Assembly (NCBI GenBank): GCA_050872785.1
Contig: JBNMHO010000001.1
Location: forward strand, 128,004 to 192,003
DNA: 64,000 nt
Direction: 5' to 3'
DNA from: Clostridia bacterium
GTDB lineage: Bacteria; Bacillota; Clostridia; Christensenellales; UBA1242
The notes below the pieces were generated by a model. That model worked only from the letters and a program-made list of their open reading frames with translations. It was not told the origin of the DNA and made no database searches. The position numbers and the translations under genes were made by a program. Shown piece after piece: positions 10,177-16,907 of the stretch. Within the stretch, counting starts at the first letter, position 1. Each line of letters begins with the position of its first letter.

Positions 10177-10205
10177 TTGACAATGGGGGTTCTGTGGGTT
10201 ATCAT
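10177..10205 (+). promoter_or_regulatory. Sigma-A type promoter for the paralog operon (TTGACA-N17-TATCAT)
   Basis: Perfect -35 TTGACA at 10177-10182, a 17-nt spacer, and -10 TATCAT at 10200-10205. It sits 26 nt upstream of ATG 10231, with GAGGTGA as RBS. Confidence 0.55.
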
Positions 10206-10230
10206 AAACACATAAAAATGAGGTGAAAAA

Positions 10231-11679
10231 ATGGGCAGACAGCATAACAAAAGCAGACATTATAAAAACTTCAACAGCAAAATGCGTCAATGGGGACTTT
10301 CTGCAAAAGAAAATCAAGAAAAAGAAATAAATTCTCAAGAACTCCGTTTGAACAATGACTCATTTGATATGCGAGCGGCAAGAAGAAAAAAATATAGCAT
10401 TGCAAGTAGTGTTTTTACAAAAGATGGTAAATTGAGCGATAAATTGCAGTGTGACCCATGCGCCTACACAGATATAAATAATACACTGGGCGATGACATT
10501 TTCTTTGAAAGTATAATTGATAGATATAACAAAATTCTAAATACTGAAAATTTATACAGGGTTCGCCCACTTATTGATATACACCCAGGTGGTTTTGGCA
10601 AAAACAACGCCGAAACACTAATTTGGCAAAATCGTGCATTAAAACTGCTTTCAATGAAGAAATATTTTGACAAAGTTGTTGATTTGGCAAATAACGCAAT
10701 CAAAAATAAATTCGGAGAAAATGCAATAACCGAGTATGGCATTTCGGGAAATCTTAGACAAAACTCAATGCCGGAAATCAATACATCTGAACTGAGCGAG
10801 CAATATCTTTTTATGCATGACAATAACTTTCTTAAAGCGATTACACACGCTCCAAAAATTCCTGTTGAAAACTGGAAAATTGTTGAGGATAATGAAGATT
10901 ATAGAAAAATATCTCAAAGATGTATTATGAACATTGACGGGCAGATTCTTCTTGGGGCGTCAACTGCAACAGTTTTTAAGACTGAAAGCGACAAATGCAA
11001 TAGTATTCAATTTGATGTCTTCTATCGTGGACTCGCAGAGGGTCAATTTAGGGTGGAGCGTTGGGACTATCTTCCACGTGGGACACATTACAACATTTTC
11101 CTTCCCGCAAAGTCTGTGGCATTTATAAAAGGCATTGTAATGGACAACACAAAATACAGCCACATACACAGAAGAACGTTAAGGCAACGAGTGATATTTG
11201 GCTCAAAGCAATCATGCGATGTAATCCCTGTTCCAATAAACAACGAGCCATATGAACTGGAAAGAAAATTTAATAGTTTTGATGACATGTGCAACTGCTT
11301 TATGGATAACTACAACATTTCAAGCAAAACACTGGATAAGGACCTTGTTGCGACAGTTCCACTAAAAGAACTGGGGCTATCACTTTGTCCAAGGTTCAAT
11401 TTCAAAACACGAAGGGCGGCTGAAGATGGCTCACTTCCAGCGGAATGTGCTGAATACTTTGACCCAGTAACAATTCGATGTGCTGAAAGATTTGATATAG
11501 ATAGAGATACCACTCAAATTGAAGAAGATTGGTCGCCAATGCAAGAGGATAGTCAGCAGTTCTTAAGATTTGACGGGTTGAGAGATTCAAGTAGTGAATG
11601 GCTGGCACGAAGGCTTTGGAAAAAACGCAAAGAAATGGACGACATGGCGAGTGAAGTTCCAAATAGTTATGAAAGATAA
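10231..11679 (+). CDS. Hypothetical protein, paralog A of an unrecognised ~400-aa family (no TM segment, no signal peptide)
   Basis: 482-aa ORF with RBS. It aligns by eye with the next gene over about 400 aa. Shared blocks: FFESIIDRYNKIL, YGISGNL, YLFMHDNNFL, APKIPVENW, QRCIMNIDGQILL, QFDVFYRG, RVERWDY, NTKYSHIHRRTLRQR, PLKELGL, IEEDWSPMQ, LRFDGL. Confidence 0.85.
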   Translation: MGRQHNKSRHYKNFNSKMRQWGLSAKENQEKEINSQELRLNNDSFDMRAARRKKYSIASSVFTKDGKLSDKLQCDPCAYTDINNTLGDDIFFESIIDRYNKILNTENLYRVRPLIDIHPGGFGKNNAETLIWQNRALKLLSMKKYFDKVVDLANNAIKNKFGENAITEYGISGNLRQNSMPEINTSELSEQYLFMHDNNFLKAITHAPKIPVENWKIVEDNEDYRKISQRCIMNIDGQILLGASTATVFKTESDKCNSIQFDVFYRGLAEGQFRVERWDYLPRGTHYNIFLPAKSVAFIKGIVMDNTKYSHIHRRTLRQRVIFGSKQSCDVIPVPINNEPYELERKFNSFDDMCNCFMDNYNISSKTLDKDLVATVPLKELGLSLCPRFNFKTRRAAEDGSLPAECAEYFDPVTIRCAERFDIDRDTTQIEEDWSPMQEDSQQFLRFDGLRDSSSEWLARRLWKKRKEMDDMASEVPNSYER

Positions 11680-11693
11680 GAGGGGTTAGAAAA

Positions 11694-13502
11694 ATGGAAA
11701 AATATAATAGAATAGCAAATAAATTTAAGAAATTTGATGAGGAAAAGTTCCTTGCAAAGGAACAAGAGCAAACAAATTTTAACGAGGATAGATTTCTTTC
11801 TAAAGATACAGAAGACAACAAGACAAGATTTAATGAAGAAAGATTCCTCACAAGAGGAGAATATACTCCTAGATTTAATGAGGAAAAATTTTTAGCTAAA
11901 AAAGATGAGATAGAGGAAGAAAAACAAGACTTTGACGAAGAAGGCTTTCTTGCAAAAAAAGAAACAGATGAGGACAAAGGGATATTCTTTGACGAGGAAA
12001 AATTCCTCTTTGACTTCCGTTATAAGCAAAGAAAAAATCATTTAATAAATATTCACCAAGCAAACAATAATTTTCAAGAAAACCATAATTATCAAGCGGA
12101 TAAGAACTATAAAGGCGAAAAATTTACACAACAAGAATTGATGGAAAAAGAGCCTATTGAGGAAAACAAGCAACAAGCGAAGTTAAAAAGGCTAAAGGTT
12201 GTTTTGAAAGAAAAGTCCGAAGAGAGTGATGAAAGTTCTGAAGATAAAAAATACAAAATGTCTAACTTGAAAGTTCGTTTTACACCTAAAGAATATCGCT
12301 CTTATATGAAAATTTCCGACACCGAATTTTTTCAAAGCGTGTTAGACAGATATTCCAATATTTTAAGAACCGACGGGAAATATAAGTCAGAACCATTTTT
12401 AAAAGTGAATGGACCAGTTGTAGAAAACGCTGCTTGGCAAAACAGAATGAACCAAATTATCACATCGGGCATGTGCTTTGGCAATCTCTGCAAATTGGCT
12501 CAAGATGTAATATGTGAACGCTTTGGCGATGATGCCTTGACAGATTATGGAATTTCTGGTGATTTATTCATAGGTTCCATTCCAAGTGCAAGAAACGTTT
12601 TGTCAAAAGAAAATTATCTCTTTATGCACAACAATGTTTTCCTTGACGCTATGATAAAAGCACCAAAAATTCCTATTGAACCTTGGCAAGAAATTGAGGG
12701 TGCGTTTAAAGGCACTATGTTTTATACACAAAGATGTATTATGAATGTTGACGGACAGATTATTCTATGCCAAAATAGCATATTTCCAAAAGAAATTTGC
12801 GACAAGTCCCAAGGTGAGATAAGATTTGATGTTTTCTTTAGGGGAAACAAAAGAGGCGACATTAGAATTGAAAAATGGGATTTTGAGCCAAACTATCAAG
12901 AAGTAAATAGATATATCGACTCTGAAATGGTGTATTTCATTCAAGAAGGAATTGTGCCAGAAAACACTAGATATAGCCACGTTCACAAAAGAACAGTTAG
13001 ACAAAGATTGGTCAACGGCTCTGGCTTTTTTGGCGACATTGTCCCAACACCAATCAACAAAGACCCAACCCTTCTTGAAAGAAGATACAAGACTTTTAAT
13101 GACATGCTAAATAGTTATTTGGATGAGCATAATGTTTCAAATCATATTTTGGATCAAGGAATGGTCGATAAATTGCCTCTTAAAGAGCTTGGACTTCTAT
13201 ACTGTCCACAATACAGTTCTGTGCTTAGAAAAGTTGTAAGCAGTTCAAAACATCCAGAGGAAAATTCTTTTTACTTTGAACCTTACATTGGCGACATTGA
13301 ACAAAAGCGATTTGACATTTTTAAAGATAGTTATATGATTGAAGAAGATTGGTCGCCAATGCAAATGGCAGGTCAACAGACTCTCAGATTTACTGGACTT
13401 AAGGACAAAGAAAGCAGATTTCATGGCAGACAACTTTGGGAACAACGTTTGAAAAATCATGACTTATCAACTGAAGCCCCTGGAATGGGACGTATAAAAT
13501 AA
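11694..13502 (+). CDS. Hypothetical protein, paralog B of the same family, with an extra ~190-aa N-terminal repeat/acidic region
   Basis: 602-aa ORF starting 14 nt after paralog A, with AGAGGGG RBS. It shares the blocks listed for paralog A (FFQSVLDRYSNIL, YGISGDL, YLFMHNNVFL, APKIPIEPW, QRCIMNVDGQIIL, RFDVFFRG, RIEKWDF, NTRYSHVHKRTVRQR, PLKELGL, IEEDWSPMQ, LRFTGL). Confidence 0.85.
   Translation: MEKYNRIANKFKKFDEEKFLAKEQEQTNFNEDRFLSKDTEDNKTRFNEERFLTRGEYTPRFNEEKFLAKKDEIEEEKQDFDEEGFLAKKETDEDKGIFFDEEKFLFDFRYKQRKNHLINIHQANNNFQENHNYQADKNYKGEKFTQQELMEKEPIEENKQQAKLKRLKVVLKEKSEESDESSEDKKYKMSNLKVRFTPKEYRSYMKISDTEFFQSVLDRYSNILRTDGKYKSEPFLKVNGPVVENAAWQNRMNQIITSGMCFGNLCKLAQDVICERFGDDALTDYGISGDLFIGSIPSARNVLSKENYLFMHNNVFLDAMIKAPKIPIEPWQEIEGAFKGTMFYTQRCIMNVDGQIILCQNSIFPKEICDKSQGEIRFDVFFRGNKRGDIRIEKWDFEPNYQEVNRYIDSEMVYFIQEGIVPENTRYSHVHKRTVRQRLVNGSGFFGDIVPTPINKDPTLLERRYKTFNDMLNSYLDEHNVSNHILDQGMVDKLPLKELGLLYCPQYSSVLRKVVSSSKHPEENSFYFEPYIGDIEQKRFDIFKDSYMIEEDWSPMQMAGQQTLRFTGLKDKESRFHGRQLWEQRLKNHDLSTEAPGMGRIK
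11733..12008 (+). repeat. Six copies of a short peptide motif F-[DN]-E-[ED]-x-F-L in the N-terminus of paralog B
   Basis: Read directly from the translation: FDEEKFLAK, FNEDRFLSK, FNEERFLTR, FNEEKFLAK, FDEEGFLAK, FDEEKFLFD, spaced 15-19 aa apart. Confidence 0.8.
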
Positions 13503-13536
13503 AAACATCTCCACCGAAATGGTGGAGATATTTTTT
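13501..13536. terminator. Bidirectional rho-independent terminator shared by paralog B (+) and the YjzC-like gene (-)
   Basis: 9-bp GC-rich stem ATCTCCACC (13507-13515) / GGTGGAGAT (13521-13529) with a 5-nt loop. A5 lies upstream and T6 downstream. Confidence 0.7.
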
Positions 13537-13693
13537 AGTTTTCTTTCATATAATAACTTCCGCTGTGTTGAGTTGCTGGAAAGCGTTGACCTTTTTCAAG
13601 ATAGCAACAACCTCCGTTTCTGCCTTGTTCATCAAAGGCACAATAGTTTCCGCTTTCTGGGGCAACTTCCCCTGGTCTGTAAGATTTACTCAT
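13535..13693 (-). CDS. Small YjzC-like protein (52 aa), absent from the supplied ORF track
   Basis: AGGAGGTAAAAC precedes ATG at 13693. Translation: MSKSYRPGEVAPESGNYCAFDEQGRNGGCCYLEKGQRFPATQHSGSYYMKEN, with TAA at 13535-13537. The RPGExAPxSGxY...L.KGxxFPxT pattern resembles the Bacillus YjzC small-protein family. This comparison is from memory, not a search. Confidence 0.65.
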   Translation of the reverse strand: MSKSYRPGEVAPESGNYCAFDEQGRNGGCCYLEKGQRFPATQHSGSYYMKEN

Positions 13694-13777
13694 GTTTTAC
13701 CTCCTAAGAATAGTTTTTGCATAAATTCCGGCGATATGCAGAAAATTATTTGGTGAAAAGTTACAAAAAATGTTACA

Positions 13778-13805
13778 ATTATACGAATTTTGTTGAAAAT
13801 GTGAC
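13778..13805 (-). promoter_or_regulatory. Candidate promoter for the YjzC-like gene (GTCACA-N16-TATAAT)
   Basis: Perfect TATAAT on the minus strand (plus-strand ATTATA at 13778-13783) and a weak -35 GTCACA (13800-13805). Motif match only. Confidence 0.35.
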
Positions 13806-13918
13806 GAAAAATTGCAATTTTTCTATAAATTAACGCTTAAAAATAAATTTTTGCAACGGCTAGACTAAACACAAACGCAAAATCACATAAAACAAATTAG
13901 AATAAAAGGAATGGGAAA

Positions 13919-15406
13919 ATGTCGGATAAAATATGTTTTGATGATGAAAAATATCTTGCTTTGCAAAGCAAACTGATAAGAGAACGAATGAAGCAATTTG
14001 ACAACAAACTATACATGGAGTTTGGCGGAAAGTTGTTTGACGATATGCATGCTTCAAGGGTTCTTCCTGGGTTTGACCCAAACATTCAAATTAAACTTTT
14101 GGACAACTTTAAAAAAGAAAGTGAAATTATTTTTGTTATCAATGCAAACGACATTGAAAAAAATAAAATTCGTGCAGACAATGGCATAACTTATGACATG
14201 GAAGTGTTAAGACTAGCGGACATTTTTCGCAAACGTGGGCTTGTTGTAAGTGCTTTTGTAATAACGCTTTTTGCAGACCAACCAAATGCTGTGGTATTTA
14301 AAAATAAATTGGAAGGTTTGGGAGAGAGAGTGTATATTCACTATCCAACAAAGGGTTATCCAGCAGATGTGGAAACGATTGTTAGCGACGAGGGCTATGG
14401 CAAAAACCCTTACATTGAAACATCAAAGCCTCTTGTCGTCATCACAGCCCCCGGTCCAGGAAGTGGAAAACTTGCAACATGTCTTAGTCAACTTTATCAC
14501 GAATACAAGCGTGGCGTTAAGGCGGGATATGCAAAGTTTGAAAAGTTCCCCGTTTGGAATTTGCCACTGAAACACCCAGTTAACCTTGCCTATGAAGCAG
14601 CAACGGCAGACCTTAAAGACGTAAATCAAATTGACTATTATCACCTTGAAAACTATGGCAAAGTGGCAGTTAGTTATAATAGGGATCTTGAAGCCTTCCC
14701 TGTTCTTCGAAATATTATAAGAAAAATTGCGGGCAAAGATATATATTTGTCGCCAACAGACATGGGCATAAACACCATTGCGGAATGTATTTTTGATGAC
14801 AATTTTGCAAGAGAAAGTGCAAAGCAAGAGATAATTAGAAGATACTTAAAGGCACTTGTTGACATAAAGCAAAATGGAACGTCTAAAAATGTTGCAGAAC
14901 GAATTAAACTTTTGATGAACGAGCTGGGGCTTAGTGTTTATGACAGAAAATGTGTAAAGCCAGCGGAAGAAAAGGAAGCAACTTCCCATCAGCCAAGTGT
15001 TGCCATTGAACTTAATGACGGACAGATTGCTGTTGGGCGAAGGACAATGCTTCTTAGTGCCAGCGCAAGTGTGGTGCTTAATGCGCTTAAAGTTATGTCT
15101 GGAATTGAAGACAAGTTTGAACTCATATCTGCTCAAGTTTTGGAGCCAATATTGAATTTGAAAAAAGATGTGCTTCACTCAGAAAACACAACTCTTTCAC
15201 TCAATGACGTTTTGACTGCTCTTTACATTTCCGCAAATTTGAACCCTAGTGCAAAAGTTGCTTGTGGATACATTCACAACTTAAAACACGCACAGGCACA
15301 TTCAACACATATTTTAAGCAGAGCAGACGAAGATTGCCTAAAAAGATTGGGGCTTAATGTTTCATGTGGAGATAAATTCTCTACCAGCAATCTTATTGAA
15401 GTTTAG
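13919..15406 (+). CDS. DUF1846 (UPF0371) family protein
   Basis: 495-aa ORF. It matches the UPF0371 family closely along its whole length, e.g. KLYMEFGGKLFDDMHASRVLPGFDPN, VITAPGPGSGKLATCLSQLYHE, YAKFEKFPVWNLPLKHPVNLAYEAATADL, EAFPVL, SPTDMGIN, KQEIIRRY. Confidence 0.92.
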   Translation: MSDKICFDDEKYLALQSKLIRERMKQFDNKLYMEFGGKLFDDMHASRVLPGFDPNIQIKLLDNFKKESEIIFVINANDIEKNKIRADNGITYDMEVLRLADIFRKRGLVVSAFVITLFADQPNAVVFKNKLEGLGERVYIHYPTKGYPADVETIVSDEGYGKNPYIETSKPLVVITAPGPGSGKLATCLSQLYHEYKRGVKAGYAKFEKFPVWNLPLKHPVNLAYEAATADLKDVNQIDYYHLENYGKVAVSYNRDLEAFPVLRNIIRKIAGKDIYLSPTDMGINTIAECIFDDNFARESAKQEIIRRYLKALVDIKQNGTSKNVAERIKLLMNELGLSVYDRKCVKPAEEKEATSHQPSVAIELNDGQIAVGRRTMLLSASASVVLNALKVMSGIEDKFELISAQVLEPILNLKKDVLHSENTTLSLNDVLTALYISANLNPSAKVACGYIHNLKHAQAHSTHILSRADEDCLKRLGLNVSCGDKFSTSNLIEV

Positions 15407-15554
15407 GATTTAATGATTAAGATATTTGCTAGATATTGCTTTATAAGTGAGTTTTGGCAAATATGTTAGGCTAAACAGCAAACAAAAGGCGTCCGCAAAG
15501 GAATACATTAAAGATAATTGCCACAATGCAGTTGTGAAGCATAGTTTGTGAAAT

Positions 15555-15592
15555 AAGTTATCCACATTTTTTGGACAAGTTGTGGATAACTT
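15555..15592. repeat. Palindromic element, copy 1: AAGTTATCCACA-N14-TGTGGATAACTT (each arm contains the DnaA-box consensus TTATCCACA)
   Basis: Perfect 12-bp inverted arms at 15555-15566 and 15581-15592, followed by T7. It lies between the DUF1846 gene and the TVP38-family gene, 25 nt before the latter's ATG. Confidence 0.8.
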
Positions 15593-15616
15593 TTTTTCTG
15601 TTGCATAATAATAAAT

Positions 15617-16213
15617 ATGGAAAAAATTAAGGGCAGACAATGGCGAGAGTTTGGCGTTGCAATGTGCAAGCTGTTTTTGACGTTTGGGTTGAGCGTTGCT
15701 TTTTTTGTCGGGCTTTATTATTTGCTCAAAAACACAGGCTGGATTGGAAAATTCTCCAATGTGGCAGAGTTGAAGGTCATAATTTCATCTGCGGGCTTTT
15801 GGTCGTATGCTGTGTTTGGGGTTATTCAGTTTTTGCAAGTGAGTGTTATTCCCATGCCGGCGTCTGTTAGCACCATTGTGGGAGTGATTTGCTTTGGACC
15901 GTGGATTGCTTTTGGGATAAGTCTGCTTGCCATTCTTCTTGGGAGTATTGTTGCGTTTTTGCTGGGCAAGACATTTGGCAGCAAAATAATTTTTTGGATT
16001 GTAGGAAAAGAGAAAGGCGAAGAATTTTGCAAGTTGCTACTTCGGGGCAAGTGGGCTTTTTTTGTAATGATGTTGTTGCCACTGTTCCCTGACGACATCT
16101 TGTGCCTTGTTGCGGGGGCATGCGGAATGGACTTTAAGTTTTTCCTTGTTACAAATATAATAACTAGAACGGTCGGAATATTCTGCCTATGTTTTTTAGG
16201 TGGGTTGTTCTAG
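15617..16213 (+). CDS. TVP38/TMEM64 (DedA-related, VTT domain) family membrane protein
   Basis: 198-aa polytopic ORF. The conserved VTT-domain features are present (FLQVSVIPMPASV..., GxxxGSxxAFLLGKxFG, LLPLFPDDILCLVAGA). There is no Shine-Dalgarno site upstream of ATG 15617, so the start is less certain. The next in-frame ATG is at 15662. Confidence 0.8.
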   Translation: MEKIKGRQWREFGVAMCKLFLTFGLSVAFFVGLYYLLKNTGWIGKFSNVAELKVIISSAGFWSYAVFGVIQFLQVSVIPMPASVSTIVGVICFGPWIAFGISLLAILLGSIVAFLLGKTFGSKIIFWIVGKEKGEEFCKLLLRGKWAFFVMMLLPLFPDDILCLVAGACGMDFKFFLVTNIITRTVGIFCLCFLGGLF

Positions 16214-16214
16214 C

Positions 16215-16247
16215 AAAAAAGCCAGACTTTCGTCTGACTTTTTTTTA
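16215..16247. terminator. Weak bidirectional terminator between the TVP38-family gene and recR
   Basis: A6, then GCCAGAC, loop TTTC, GTCTGAC, then T8. The core stem is 5-6 bp with one mismatch, extended by A/T pairing. The T-run overlaps the recR stop codon. Confidence 0.4.
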
Positions 16248-16832
16248 CAATTCTCTTCGGGCTTCGATTGCACGAGAAAGGGTTACTTCGTCTGCATATT
16301 CAAGGTCGCTGCCCATAGAAATTCCTTGGGCGAGGCGAGTTACTTTTATGCCGAGAGGTTTTAGCAAGCGAGCGATATACATTGCGGTCGCTTCCCCTTC
16401 CACATCGGGATTGGTCGCAACAACCACTTCTGTTATGCCGCCAGCGTTCACTCTTTCCAAAAGTTCCTTTATTCTTATGTCCTCTGGTCCTTTGTTTTCC
16501 AGTGGGCTTATGCAGCCATGCAAAACATGATAAACACAATCAAAGTTTTTCACTTTTTCTATGCTTGCAACGTCTTTTGGGTCTTTCACCACGCAAACGA
16601 TTGGGCTTTTTCTGCGTTTGCAAATTCCGCAAAGGTCGTCAGTGGCGAACCCACCACAAACTTTGCAAAATTTTACTTGCTCTTTGGCAACCACAATGCA
16701 CTGGGCAAGGTTGCGTGCACTGTCCTCATCGCCCCCCAAAATGGAGTAGGCATAGCGTTGTGCTGTTTTTCTGCCCGCTCCCGGAAGGCACATAAATGCC
16801 CCAACCAATTTTTCAATAACTTGTTCTTCCAT
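16245..16832 (-). CDS. recR: Recombination protein RecR
   Basis: 195-aa ORF. It has an N-terminal helix-hairpin-helix (FMCLPGAGRKTAQRYAY), a C4 zinc finger (CKVCGGFATDDLCGIC) and a Toprim domain (VCVVKDPKDVASIE..., EVVVATNPDVEGEATAMYIARLLKPLGIKVTRLAQGISMGSDLEYADEVTL). Confidence 0.95.
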   Translation of the reverse strand: MEEQVIEKLVGAFMCLPGAGRKTAQRYAYSILGGDEDSARNLAQCIVVAKEQVKFCKVCGGFATDDLCGICKRRKSPIVCVVKDPKDVASIEKVKNFDCVYHVLHGCISPLENKGPEDIRIKELLERVNAGGITEVVVATNPDVEGEATAMYIARLLKPLGIKVTRLAQGISMGSDLEYADEVTLSRAIEARREL

Positions 16833-16838
16833 AATATT

Positions 16839-16847
16839 ATTATATCA
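16839..16847 (-). promoter_or_regulatory. Extended -10 element TGATATAAT placed for a leaderless recR transcript
   Basis: The minus strand reads TGATATAAT-AATATT-ATG. The last T of the -10 is 7 nt upstream of the A of the recR start codon. No SD-like sequence is present. Confidence 0.45.
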
Positions 16848-16907
16848 CAAAATCAAGAATAATGCAAAGGGAAAGAGATTATTAAAAGATAATTACCGAT
16901 TATTTGT

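Noticed and set aside
10121-10180. A 19-codon upstream ORF (MESNNIITYSSYLFVYYDY) with a GAGGA 7 nt upstream, ahead of the paralog operon.
   Set aside because: It lies upstream of, and overlaps, the -35 box of the predicted promoter, so it would not be on the operon mRNA. It is very short, in AT-rich DNA, and I have no way to check its conservation. It is most likely chance.
15410-15640. 76-aa minus-strand ORF in the DUF1846 / TVP38 intergenic region, and the 97-aa TTG-initiated ORF at 50421..50714.
   Set aside because: Neither has an RBS, both have the hydrophobic/aromatic composition typical of AT-rich non-coding DNA, and 15410..15640 would overlap the start of the TVP38-family gene. No homology is recognisable.
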